This document shows positions 39,313 through 48,434 of a stretch of 64,000 nt of DNA, one piece after another. The DNA is taken from IMG/VR virus record IMGVR_UViG_3300036823_000091, positions 489 to 64,488 of that record; one strand, 5' to 3'. Under the pieces are notes generated by a model, which searched no databases, had not been told where the DNA came from, and saw only the letters and a list, made by a program, of their open reading frames with translations. The stretch is from a virus (Duplodnaviria; Caudoviricetes). How positions within the stretch are numbered: position 1 is the stretch's first letter; the number at the start of each line of letters is the position of its first letter. The position numbers and the translations under genes are program-made.

Positions 39313-39644
39313 TGAAACTCACAAAAGCGATCTTCCACAGGAGCTATCCAGGAGCAGTCCTGTGTACGCTCTCTCCTAAGCCTGCCATTGCTCATATCTG
39401 TAGACAAGGTGGTCATGGAGGAAAGGAATATAAAGTTAAGGAATGGTACATTGTAAGTGTTGAGCCTATCCAGATTAATAGTGAAGGCTATGCAACTATC
39501 TCACCTAAAACATGGTACGGCACATCATTCCACACACTTGATGGTTGCCTCAAGTGGTTTCGAGAGCATAAGATCGATGTCAATCAAGGCTGGTATCCAA
39601 CCAGAGGAATAGAACGCTGGTATGAGCTTGGTAGCAATAAATGA
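39309..39644 (+). CDS. Hypothetical protein
   Basis: ATGA-coupled. Confidence 0.55.
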   Translation: MMKLTKAIFHRSYPGAVLCTLSPKPAIAHICRQGGHGGKEYKVKEWYIVSVEPIQINSEGYATISPKTWYGTSFHTLDGCLKWFREHKIDVNQGWYPTRGIERWYELGSNK

Positions 39645-39865
39645 ATACACCAAATACCTACACTTGTGCTATATGCCATCAAAACTTCACCAAAGGACAA
39701 GACGATGAAACAGCAATAGCAGAAACAAAAGAGTATTTTACTAGTGTTAACCTTGATGATTGCGCTATAGTATGTGAGGATTGTTTTGAGAGGATTAGAC
39801 CTGAGAAACACCCAACAGAATACAAAGCATCTTTACTAGATATGTGGTTGAGAAAGAACATATAA
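39641..39865 (+). CDS. Zinc-finger protein
   Basis: CAIC...CEDC. Confidence 0.55.
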   Translation: MNTPNTYTCAICHQNFTKGQDDETAIAETKEYFTSVNLDDCAIVCEDCFERIRPEKHPTEYKASLLDMWLRKNI

Positions 39866-39896
39866 ATGCTCACTACCTAACATAGTGAGCATTCTT
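39864..39896. terminator. Hairpin between convergent genes
   Basis: AATGCTCACTA-cctaaca-TAGTGAGCATT. Confidence 0.6.
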
Positions 39897-39905
39897 TATA
39901 TTGCG

Positions 39906-40091
39906 CTATACCGATGTATTGACAACATTGATAGGCACTTGAGGTACAACATTAACAGTAGTGCCATTTAATGCTTGTACTGTGATTGGTGTACTAGTGA
40001 TATTAGCGACGTTGACATCACCAATGCAAACACCGCCTAGAACCTGTTCAAGCTCCTCATCGGTTAACTCACGCTCGTTTTCGTTGGACAA
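39906..40091 (-). CDS. Double-glycine-leader precursor peptide
   Basis: AAGGAGG RBS plus TTG start, leader ELTDEELEQVLGG, 41-aa Val/Asn/Thr-rich core. Confidence 0.8.
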   Translation of the reverse strand: MSNENERELTDEELEQVLGGVCIGDVNVANITSTPITVQALNGTTVNVVPQVPINVVNTSV

Positions 40092-40160
40092 GATAACCTC
40101 CTTGTGTAATTTTGTTCTATTGTCGAACAGACTGATGAGTCATGTCAAGCTCAACAATAA

Positions 40161-40200
40161 GAAAGCCACTAGAGGCAAGTTGCCAATGCCTCTAGTGGCT
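40161..40200. terminator. Stable hairpin upstream of the peptide gene
   Basis: AGCCACTAGAGGCA-loop-TGCCTCTAGTGGCT. Confidence 0.6.
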
Positions 40201-40230
40201 ATGCTCACTCCCCTGGAGCACTTTGAGAGA

Positions 40231-40550
40231 TTATAACACCTCATCCATAATCTCAGTCATCTCAAGAGGTGCTCCATTCTCACGATAATAGGCTATCATC
40301 TCCAGTACTGATACCTCTTGTATATGCTCAAACTTCACACTATCATATCTCCCATCACTTTTAATATGAAGATGCACCATAGTGTAGCTAGGCTTGTCTA
40401 AGCCACCTCTATAACTACCCTTGTCAAATAGTGTCACAAATGTGCTATTTTCAGCTTTCAGTCCATTGGATATGCTCTATGCTTATATCGCATGTTGAAG
40501 CGATAAGCAAAAGCTTCTGTGTTTGGTGGAAAATTAGTTGTTTGTTGCAT
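40231..40550 (-). pseudogene. Frameshifted small gene
   Basis: RBS and ATG at 40550 (MQQTTNFPP..) stop early. Another frame continues into ..FVTLFDKGSYRGG. Confidence 0.35.
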
Positions 40551-40755
40551 TGCTATCTCCTTGCTTGATTTGTTCTAACTGTTCTATTAAGTGCTCAATA
40601 CTATTAAATGTCAGATAAGTATATGGAGCACTATTAGCACGTATACACCCTGACTTATCACGATGTATCTGGAGAGACGGTACTCTTACACCATAGGTCT
40701 CTTCTTCAACTTTTTGAGCATATTCAGCAAATAGCTTGAATGCTTTCTCTAGCAT
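40534..40755 (-). CDS. Hypothetical protein
   Basis: GGAGG RBS. Confidence 0.5.
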   Translation of the reverse strand: MLEKAFKLFAEYAQKVEEETYGVRVPSLQIHRDKSGCIRANSAPYTYLTFNSIEHLIEQLEQIKQGDSNATNN

Positions 40756-40830
40756 CTTTCCTCCAGAACCTTTCCCTTTTCTTTGCAGATATCACATCGT
40801 ATAAAGCCGCCTATTGGCATGTTAACCTCC

Positions 40831-41601
40831 TTAATTCACTAATTTGTTGATAGCCACATCTTTACCAGCAACTAAGCCATCCACATATCCTGCTCGTTTC
40901 CTACGTTGGTCATTGTCGAAGTAGTTATCATGCTTCCTCGTTTGTGGAAACACTTCATCTAGTTTGTCACTTACAGCCTTGTCCTGCACCACCACAAGTG
41001 CTCTCATCTTGCTAGGATCAGGGGCTTCAATCAGTCCTGCCACCTCATCAGCTTCAGCATCCTCCTGTGTTCGTTTCTGCTCAGATAGTCCCTGAGCTGC
41101 TTCAAATTGGTCATACAGCCTCACGCTGATCATGTCGGCGCAGCCCGTGTAGAAGTTCACATTATAGGCTTGTCTGGTGATTGTCAGCTCACGTACCCTA
41201 TGGAGATAGTTCCAGAAAGCACCTTCTGCTAGTGGCAAGATCTCTTTCAGGAGATACTCAAACAACTCCAGACAGAACGCAATATTAATCTCAGTGCCAA
41301 ATATCCAACCAAGATTACCACGACTGCTCCATACCAGCTTACAGAAGTTTGTCTTGCAAATACTATCCAGCAATTGCTTCTGCCACTTTCGATTCGACTT
41401 GAACCGATACTCTACAAACCCGATTGTGCTACTCTCAGTATGCAGCTCGTTCTCCTGGATATTCCAGGACTGCATGAGTTGCTGAGCTTTAACAGCAAAA
41501 GCTGCTGCTAGTTGTTCGTTCTTGTTTTTGTGATCTTGCGCATTTGCCAGTAAAGACTTGACTTTGCGCATGATATCTTCTTTTGTGTATTGCGCTTGCA
41601 T
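40831..41601 (-). CDS. DUF2786-domain phage protein
   Basis: I..KVKSLLA.A......E...A.A..KAQ.LM N terminus, NFY.G, GY..G. Confidence 0.8.
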   Translation of the reverse strand: MQAQYTKEDIMRKVKSLLANAQDHKNKNEQLAAAFAVKAQQLMQSWNIQENELHTESSTIGFVEYRFKSNRKWQKQLLDSICKTNFCKLVWSSRGNLGWIFGTEINIAFCLELFEYLLKEILPLAEGAFWNYLHRVRELTITRQAYNVNFYTGCADMISVRLYDQFEAAQGLSEQKRTQEDAEADEVAGLIEAPDPSKMRALVVVQDKAVSDKLDEVFPQTRKHDNYFDNDQRRKRAGYVDGLVAGKDVAINKLVN

Positions 41602-42125
41602 TATGCTTTACTCCTCTCTTCCTTATCTTTCAAATAATCCCGTACATAAGATGCAATTTTCATGCAATCCATTTCATCTGTCAAAGTGCGATAGAAACCA
41701 CATCTTGAAGGATTTCCACTACTGTCCTTACTGAGTAGCCTATTGACGACTTTGTACCTCTTCTTCCATTCCTGATCAGAAACATCATCGGGTTTATCTG
41801 AGTTGCTTTGATAATGGAAGTCCACTAGCAATCCCTCCTGTACCTCTGTCTCATACAGTGAATAATCCACACCAAAGAACTGGATATAGAGCTTTGAGGT
41901 ATCAACATAGATCACAACACTAGCATCGATGTTGAATGGAGATCTGAAACCTGCATTCGTGTGCTCCATCAACTTCTCGAAAAGATCAAAGTCAACCTTC
42001 TTTGAGAATGGAGCAACTTGATAAACAAGAGCTTCCATATGCTTCTCTTTTAGCTGCTGCAGCCACGTATCAAGCTGAACAAGGTTCATGGTTGTACGAT
42101 ACAGGTTATACATCTTTGTGCTCAT
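41601..42125 (-). CDS. Hypothetical protein
   Basis: AGGAG RBS, coupled. Confidence 0.55.
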   Translation of the reverse strand: MSTKMYNLYRTTMNLVQLDTWLQQLKEKHMEALVYQVAPFSKKVDFDLFEKLMEHTNAGFRSPFNIDASVVIYVDTSKLYIQFFGVDYSLYETEVQEGLLVDFHYQSNSDKPDDVSDQEWKKRYKVVNRLLSKDSSGNPSRCGFYRTLTDEMDCMKIASYVRDYLKDKEERSKA

Positions 42126-42562
42126 TGCGCTATCTCTCCTATTTCTTGCCACTGCCATTCAGCAGCATTAAAATCTTGCCACTTCTCACCATCGATATAC
42201 ACATGCCAGACCTCTAAATCTTCCTCATCCACTAAAACGGCTATGTTCCTCTTTGAGAGCTTCTGCTCTATTTCAAGCTTCTCACGGATCAAGCTAGACG
42301 AACGAGCAAAATCATCTTTATCTGATGCTAGATCAGAGTCGATATCACAGCTAGCCATCCTCTCTACTTGCTGCTTTATGGCCTCATCCCAAGCTGATTC
42401 CCATCCTTTGATATACCTCTCCTGAGAGGACTTTTCCTTATAGTCTCTCTCAATATCTGCTCTACCTTCATCCATGAAAATGCGTTTTGTGACAGTAGGG
42501 TACATTTTCAGATACTCCAGAGCTTCTTTCTTGCCCATGTATTGCGGTGTTTTGAATGGCAT
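42122..42562 (-). CDS. Hypothetical protein
   Basis: Coupled ORF. Confidence 0.55.
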   Translation of the reverse strand: MPFKTPQYMGKKEALEYLKMYPTVTKRIFMDEGRADIERDYKEKSSQERYIKGWESAWDEAIKQQVERMASCDIDSDLASDKDDFARSSSLIREKLEIEQKLSKRNIAVLVDEEDLEVWHVYIDGEKWQDFNAAEWQWQEIGEIAQ

Positions 42563-42955
42563 TTAACTCTCCTCACTTTTCGCATTATTTGCTATCATCT
42601 TCCTCCAGTATGCTCCTTCATCTGGAACCAGATTAGCAATCCTAGCACCTTCAATCATCAACTTTTCTCGTACAGACTCACCATTGATAGTAACATCTAG
42701 CAGCAACCCACGTTTCAAGAGGTGTCTTAAGTACTCTTGTTGCATACCAGTAGGATATTCTGCATTCAAGCGGATATGCAGCTCTGTACACGCCTTACCA
42801 TCAAATGTTGGACTCGAGTATCCTGATGGCATTTCACCCTCCTCATAAGGGAAAGGTTTTACCATATAAGCTGAAATGTCAGGCTCAGTCCTAAAATACA
42901 ACTCATCAGTTATAACTAAACCTAATCGTGTTTCTAAGTTATCTGTCATGATCAA
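42563..42955 (-). CDS. Hypothetical protein
   Basis: AGGAGG RBS. Confidence 0.55.
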   Translation of the reverse strand: MIMTDNLETRLGLVITDELYFRTEPDISAYMVKPFPYEEGEMPSGYSSPTFDGKACTELHIRLNAEYPTGMQQEYLRHLLKRGLLLDVTINGESVREKLMIEGARIANLVPDEGAYWRKMIANNAKSEES

Positions 42956-42964
42956 TAATTCCTC

Positions 42965-43210
42965 CTAGCTTTTCTTTCCTGTTAGCCAATACCGAGCTAT
43001 ATCAATCAAAGCGCCTATGCCAAATTCCTTGTTAGTACTTCCATCCCACTCTTCTTCTTCACCCCAGAAACCCCACATCATTTGTGTTAACCATCGCCTC
43101 TCATCTTCTGCTAAGTCTGGGACTTCCATCTCATCACATGACCACTCCTTGACTTGCTCGTCTAACTCCTTGAGTAGAAAGAGCAGGACCTTCTTTTGTA
43201 TTTTATCCAT
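42965..43210 (-). CDS. Hypothetical protein
   Basis: Co-oriented ORF with RBS. Confidence 0.5.
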   Translation of the reverse strand: MDKIQKKVLLFLLKELDEQVKEWSCDEMEVPDLAEDERRWLTQMMWGFWGEEEEWDGSTNKEFGIGALIDIARYWLTGKKS

Positions 43211-43262
43211 AATAATCCCTTTCTAGGGACTACCCTCATTTGAAGATAGTCCCACTACTAAA

Positions 43263-44396
43263 CTATGCCGCATCTTTTGCATCTAGATACTTCTCAATTG
43301 TATCTAGTCGAGATGGTGTAAGATGTGATGTATGGGTAACATTTGCATTAAGAATGGAGCTAGCGAACTTCAAGAATGCTGCAACATTCTTTACAGCATC
43401 CCCTTCCACAACTTCAAATTGATTGAGAACTTTTGCACGGTCAAGAGCCGCGTTCATCCTCACTTTGAGAGCTTTTGTAAGATCGGGCTCCTCTTGCTTA
43501 GGTGCTGCAGGCTGTTCCTTTTGCACTGGCTGTACAGGCTTGGATGCTTTAGCCTGATTATACTCGCGTAAGTCAGCATTGAGTTGAGTGATGACAGCTT
43601 TGGCATCTTCAGATGTCAATCCATCTGTCCCTAACTCAGGTTTTCCCATTTTAGCCTGAAGCATCTGGATTGTCTTGATTTGTCCAGCATTAATTGGTGC
43701 AGGATCACTGTTAGTTACTACCTCTACTTTCTGAACACGACTAGCTGTCTGCTTCAGAGCTTCATTCTCTTCATTGGACTCTACTTCAGGAACAATAGTA
43801 ATCACGGTCTTTTCACTATCAGCTTGAAGCATCTCTTCATGAAGATAGAGACCTCCACATTCCTCTTCAAATGCGCCTCTTAGAGCATCAGCTAAAGCAC
43901 ATTTGAGAAGCATTAGCTTGCCCATCTTCTCCCAGAAGTGAGTTAACCCACCTCCACTATTCTGGGATTTGTATTGAGCCTTTTCATCAAAGTAGGCAAC
44001 TCCCCATACAGGAACTCTAAAGCCATTGCGATACACGCCTATACGAGCTGCGTAGGGATGCTTGCCTAACTTCTTAGGCCATAGCTTGTAGAAATTACCC
44101 TCTTCATCACCCCATTCAGGTTCGGTTGTACCCTCAAATTGTCCGGTTCTTAGAGCTAGAGCTCTCAATCCTCCAATAGTGATCTGAGGGGTATAAACAG
44201 TCTTTTTTTGGTTACTATCATATCTCCCTACTAGGCACATTTGACCACGCATAGGAGATAGGCGATACGTTCTACATTTCTCAATAAAGATTTGCCAAGC
44301 ATCATTAGGCGTGTTTGCGGGTGCAAAGTGTTTCTTGAAGATGTCTAGCTCTTCTGTAGGATCTGTAAGAGCTAGAGATTTGGAGTCGATTGCCAT
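43263..44396 (-). CDS. RecT/Red-beta-like single-strand annealing protein
   Basis: F...C....LSP..., I.GLR.LA.RTGQF.G, W.KM...ML.KCA.A.ALR.AF. Confidence 0.88.
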   Translation of the reverse strand: MAIDSKSLALTDPTEELDIFKKHFAPANTPNDAWQIFIEKCRTYRLSPMRGQMCLVGRYDSNQKKTVYTPQITIGGLRALALRTGQFEGTTEPEWGDEEGNFYKLWPKKLGKHPYAARIGVYRNGFRVPVWGVAYFDEKAQYKSQNSGGGLTHFWEKMGKLMLLKCALADALRGAFEEECGGLYLHEEMLQADSEKTVITIVPEVESNEENEALKQTASRVQKVEVVTNSDPAPINAGQIKTIQMLQAKMGKPELGTDGLTSEDAKAVITQLNADLREYNQAKASKPVQPVQKEQPAAPKQEEPDLTKALKVRMNAALDRAKVLNQFEVVEGDAVKNVAAFLKFASSILNANVTHTSHLTPSRLDTIEKYLDAKDAA

Positions 44397-44479
44397 TGTC
44401 TTTACCTTTCGTTCGGTTCTCTCAATGTCATACTAAATTATTCCAATACTAAATGATACAATACCTTCTTAGCCAAGCC

Positions 44480-44752
44480 TTATTGGCATATCCAATCGCG
44501 CACTACTCTAGATCCAAGATTACTAAACATATATCCACCATTCATCTGAGTACCGAATACAAGAAGATCGTTACTTTTGTGAAGCATTGATCTCAGCTCC
44601 ACATACCTCGTTACAAGTCGAAGCCAAGCAGCATCATGCGACCATCTCCAATTGGCAATCCGAGACTTGATATCTTCATACTCTGCGATCTGTTCGGCAG
44701 TGCCGTAAAAACTTGAGGATGCTTGCTCACAAGAAATTTTATCGATTGCCAT
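44480..44752 (-). CDS. Hypothetical protein
   Basis: GAAAGG RBS. Confidence 0.5.
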   Translation of the reverse strand: MAIDKISCEQASSSFYGTAEQIAEYEDIKSRIANWRWSHDAAWLRLVTRYVELRSMLHKSNDLLVFGTQMNGGYMFSNLGSRVVRDWICQ

Positions 44753-44772
44753 GTTGTTTTACCTTTCTGGTT

Positions 44773-45015
44773 TTATATTGCATCTGCCTGAATATGGCAA
44801 ATTCTACACAATGCCGCAAGATTTTCTCTCCGAATATCATGTTTGTCGTGGCGGCCTCCTGGCTTATTAGCATAAGGAATGCCAACATGATGCGTTGAAA
44901 GCTTCGTAAACTTAACAGGTTTTTTGCAGTACTCACAATGACCATTAGCCAGTCTACGAATAATTCGTGAAACTTTAGGCCAACAAGAGGGATACTTGGC
45001 CTTATCACGTGGCAT
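44773..45015 (-). CDS. Small HNH endonuclease
   Basis: YP..W, CEYC, L.THH, NLAALCRICH. Confidence 0.8.
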   Translation of the reverse strand: MPRDKAKYPSCWPKVSRIIRRLANGHCEYCKKPVKFTKLSTHHVGIPYANKPGGRHDKHDIRRENLAALCRICHIQADAI

Positions 45016-45032
45016 AATGACACCGTTCCTTC

Positions 45033-45212
45033 CTACCAGCCCCAAGGGCAACATCGTGGATTACCGCAGTAGCTATCTTCTGACTTGGCAACATGTCCAC
45101 ATATTCCCCGTACACCCTTTTGATCATAGCTATTCAGGCAGACACTGCGGGATAGCTTCTGGCTTGTTTGCTTGCTAGTACCCTGCTTACTACTTGTCGT
45201 CTGTGTTATCAT
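45033..45212 (-). CDS. 59-aa Cys-rich protein
   Basis: GAAAGGA RBS, ..VCLNS..GICGH..YCGNPRCCPWGW, below the ORF-track cutoff. Confidence 0.5.
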   Translation of the reverse strand: MITQTTSSKQGTSKQTSQKLSRSVCLNSYDQKGVRGICGHVAKSEDSYCGNPRCCPWGW

Positions 45213-45327
45213 TACACTGTCCTTTCAGGACTAGGAACCCTTGGGTTCTGAACTATGGCCCTCGTTGCTGGTAAGTTTTGACCGACCTGTCCAGCGATGG
45301 GGGTTGTTTGTTTTCTTAACTGTCTAT

Positions 45328-45356
45328 AGTGTACGCCGTCGGATATTATTTGTCAA
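45328..45356 (-). promoter_or_regulatory. Sigma70 promoter
   Basis: TTGACA-17-TACACT. Confidence 0.7.
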
Positions 45357-45404
45357 GGGCTTTTGAGGCCAATTTCTAGACTTGCAATAATTCGTCATGA
45401 TAGT

Positions 45405-46577
45405 TTATTTCTCCGCTTGTTCCTGTTGTAGCCTTGCCTGAAGACTTCTAGCTCTAGCAGGTTTCTCTATCTTCAATCGTGTATATGCTGGCGTTTGATC
45501 TAGCTTAGGGCCGTACGTTGGCTGTGGTTCTGGTTTCACAATATGGAGAGTTGGTTTTGCTTCCTGAGCAGTCTGTCCTATCCGATCTTCAGTATAGTTG
45601 GGAGTACCTGTCAAGGTTTGACGCTTAGGAGCTGCTTGACTCATCTTCCATACACGAGCCGTGAATTGGCTAGCTACTGTTGACAGCTTGCCTCTGTGTT
45701 GTTGCCAGAACGGGTCCTTGTCATTCCAGATATCATTGAAGACAAATTCCACTTGCTCAGGTGTAGCACCTTGGCTACGCAGCTCCTGAATGGCTGTATC
45801 ATTCTTCTCATTGTGAGGAACCTTGAATTCAGAAGCATAGCCTTTCTGATGGCATAGGCAATCAAAGAGAGGGTAGCCCACTTCAGTAGGTTTCGTCTCC
45901 TGAGAAAGAGATTTTTGAGAAGAGAGAGAGGGAGAAAGAACGCTCGGCCCTGGTGATGTTGGAGATTTTTGAGCAACGTTCGTCTTCTCTCTTTGCGTTT
46001 CTATGTTATGTTTCTGTGTAGATTCTATGTTGTATTCAATTTTGGACGGGTCATCGTCCATTTTTGAATGCGTTACCCGTTCAATTTTGGACGTATCAGG
46101 TTCAATTTTAGACGCGTCCATTTTTGAACGTGTGTCTTTTTTGGACGTATCCACTTTTGGATGTACGTCTTGAATGCCTCGTTCAGGCAATTGCCTAAGC
46201 CGATTATTCAACTCCTTACAATTCAGAATATACTTATAGGTATTTTTACCGAACATCTTGTAAGGCTCTTTGGAGAGCAATCCATCACCTAGTAACTCAT
46301 CCAAGCTGTCAATGATGACAGTCCTCCCAAACATACCATACATGGAGTCAATCCACTGCTGATATGTCATAAAAATAGCAATGTCCTCTTTCTTTCCTCT
46401 TTTGTTGTTTGTCCAGTTCTCAAGAATAGCCAAAATCAAGGCTTTACAGTGAGCAGAGGCTACGCTTTTCTTGCCCTCCCTCTTGTAGGTGCAATTTATG
46501 CATATAATAAGGAATTCCTCTCGAAACTCAACAAAGTAGTAGTTTGCCCTATGTTCAATGATACTGTTGTTGCTCAT
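45405..46577 (-). CDS. Replication initiator protein (lambda O-like layout)
   Basis: N-terminal wHTH-like region, central repeat-encoding linker, C-terminal helical domain. Confidence 0.75.
   Translation of the reverse strand: MSNNSIIEHRANYYFVEFREEFLIICINCTYKREGKKSVASAHCKALILAILENWTNNKRGKKEDIAIFMTYQQWIDSMYGMFGRTVIIDSLDELLGDGLLSKEPYKMFGKNTYKYILNCKELNNRLRQLPERGIQDVHPKVDTSKKDTRSKMDASKIEPDTSKIERVTHSKMDDDPSKIEYNIESTQKHNIETQREKTNVAQKSPTSPGPSVLSPSLSSQKSLSQETKPTEVGYPLFDCLCHQKGYASEFKVPHNEKNDTAIQELRSQGATPEQVEFVFNDIWNDKDPFWQQHRGKLSTVASQFTARVWKMSQAAPKRQTLTGTPNYTEDRIGQTAQEAKPTLHIVKPEPQPTYGPKLDQTPAYTRLKIEKPARARSLQARLQQEQAEK
46035..46165. repeat. Iterons, probable replication origin
   Basis: Seven TTTT(G/T/A)GA repeats at about 46040, 46061, 46085, 46106, 46121, 46139 and 46155, inside the initiator gene. 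Confidence 0.75.
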
Positions 46578-46670
46578 ACGTGATATCCTTAATTTAAGTA
46601 GTTAGGGCGCACAGCGGCTCGGCTAGTCGATCCCGGCAAGTTTCAACTTAGCAAAATGCTGTGTGCCTGG

Positions 46671-46958
46671 CTATGCAGCTTCCTGAGTCGGCTTATCCTT
46701 TTTAACTTCCTCCGAAGCAGGCTCTTTCTTCTTGTTGTTCTTTGACCATTTCTCGCCTCTACCCATCACCTTATATTCATCAATCTGGCTTTTTTTGTAG
46801 AGGCTGTATTTTGGCCCTAACTTAAGTCGCTCTACCTTGCCAATTTTTGCAAGAGTCCTCAAATAGGACTCGTCTATCTTCTTTCCCTCGCTGTTATCTG
46901 ACAACTTTTTAAGTGCCTCTTCTGGTGTATACCACTCAGCAGGATTGTAATTTTCCAT
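46671..46958 (-). CDS. Excisionase-like winged-HTH regulator
   Basis: WYTPEEA...LS.....I..SYLR.L...GK, similar to 36793-37011. Confidence 0.65.
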   Translation of the reverse strand: MENYNPAEWYTPEEALKKLSDNSEGKKIDESYLRTLAKIGKVERLKLGPKYSLYKKSQIDEYKVMGRGEKWSKNNKKKEPASEEVKKDKPTQEAA

Positions 46959-46982
46959 AGGTTTTTACCTCCTTACGGATCA

Positions 46983-47067
46983 ATAATATACGAGGACGAT
47001 CAATTTTGTCAAGGATTCAAAATTGACCCTAAAACCTATTGACATAGTATCAATCATCGGGTATTAT
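46983..47067. promoter_or_regulatory. Divergent sigma70 promoters
   Basis: Plus: TTGACA(47039)-17-TATTAT. Minus: TTGACA-18-TATTAT. Confidence 0.7.
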
Positions 47068-47107
47068 ATCTATGCAAGCAAGTTAATCAACCGAAGGGAG
47101 CAATGCA

Positions 47108-47683
47108 ATGGCAACACGAACAACCACCACAAAGAAAGTCAATAATTGGTATTTAAAGTACGCTGCGAATGAAATGCTTATCGATATGGACGAGCAGGGA
47201 CTCTTCTGTCAAGTACCAAGTGAGCATCATGAGGATAAGTTGTACATTGTTCGTGTTGACGAATCGGGCGTTGCTCCAGTGGCAACGAGCTGTGATTGTC
47301 CTAGTTACAAAGAGTGCAAGCACATGACAATTGTAGATACCTACTACAAGCGTATCTACAAAACAAACATTGCAAAAGCGGAAGCCAAGAAAGCCGCTGA
47401 AGTTGAGCAAATTGCTGAAGAGCTTGATATTCCTGCTGAAGAAGTTGCCAAGATTGCTCTTATAGCTGCTGAGTACCAACAGGAGATCAAACCCAAGCAT
47501 ACAGATCTAGAGCTTCCAATAGGCCCTGGAGATACCCGTAAACGTAAACCTCGCAAGTATGCAACTGAGATGATGGAAGCTCAACAGCACTATGCTTCAG
47601 TGAAGAGTCAGATGGCAGAGATTCGAGAGAGACGTGAAGCTGAAGAAGGCAATTTGTACAGGCCATACGCTTTGATGCGCTAA
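47108..47683 (+). CDS. SWIM zinc-finger protein
   Basis: Y.V......CDCP....CKH. Confidence 0.7.
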   Translation: MATRTTTTKKVNNWYLKYAANEMLIDMDEQGLFCQVPSEHHEDKLYIVRVDESGVAPVATSCDCPSYKECKHMTIVDTYYKRIYKTNIAKAEAKKAAEVEQIAEELDIPAEEVAKIALIAAEYQQEIKPKHTDLELPIGPGDTRKRKPRKYATEMMEAQQHYASVKSQMAEIRERREAEEGNLYRPYALMR

Positions 47684-47711
47684 GGGCGAATAGCTAGAAA
47701 GGACAAATATC

Positions 47712-47903
47712 ATGACAAACAGGCAAGAATACATTGAAAACAAAATTGATCACTTTGAACGTACCTTTGAATTTGATAGTCTTGCAAGACTTAAGAAGCT
47801 TGCAAACGAGAAAGGTGTTATTGTAAACAGCCGAAGCAAGAAAGCATACATTGAGGCTCTTGTAACTTGGTATCGTCAAATCGTTGAAAAAGAAGTAGCA
47901 TAG
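47712..47903 (+). CDS. Small SAP/Rho-N-like protein
   Basis: LARLKKLA..KGV....KKA.I..L. Confidence 0.45.
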   Translation: MTNRQEYIENKIDHFERTFEFDSLARLKKLANEKGVIVNSRSKKAYIEALVTWYRQIVEKEVA

Positions 47904-48021
47904 TTAGAAAGAATAAGTATATGTCAACACCAGCAATTATTGGAAGAACGATATCGACAACAGGGTGGTTTATTGAAAGATATCAACTTGTCTTTGTATC
48001 ACGACCAAATGAGGGATAATT

Positions 48022-48384
48022 ATGTTAGCACAAGTACGAACAAAACTCGCAAATCTAGAGGCATTCTGCCAAGTCTGTCCTCCAGACAATGAGGTGACTA
48101 CATTCCTAGCAGATCTAGGCTTTCATCTCGCATTCTCCATGCCAATTGTCAGGTATGGCAAGAGATCAGGGCAGAATGTACCTGATCTTCCTGCTCAATA
48201 TCACTACGAAGATGATCACAACACTGAGATCATCTACCTAGCCGGAAAAGACCATTCTGCACGTGATGAACCATTTTATCCACAACATGCGTCTAGATGG
48301 TGGATATACGCTGGCTCAAGTCAGTACAGCTATAATCTTGTATTGCAGGCACTTAGTGCGAGATATGGCTTGTCGTGGAAATAA
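48022..48384 (+). CDS. Hypothetical protein
   Basis: GAGGG RBS, followed by a terminator. Confidence 0.6.
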   Translation: MLAQVRTKLANLEAFCQVCPPDNEVTTFLADLGFHLAFSMPIVRYGKRSGQNVPDLPAQYHYEDDHNTEIIYLAGKDHSARDEPFYPQHASRWWIYAGSSQYSYNLVLQALSARYGLSWK

Positions 48385-48396
48385 TCCCATATCAGG

Positions 48397-48434
48397 ATAG
48401 AGCAGGTTACAAAACACAACCTGCTCTATTTTTT
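48397..48434 (+). terminator. Intrinsic terminator
   Basis: ATAGAGCAGGTT-loop-AACCTGCTCTAT TTTTT. Confidence 0.7.

Noticed and set aside
45225-45305. Riboswitch in the leader before the HNH/RecT operon
   Set aside because: Hairpins are present (also at 46605-46670), but I could not match them to a known aptamer or to each other convincingly.
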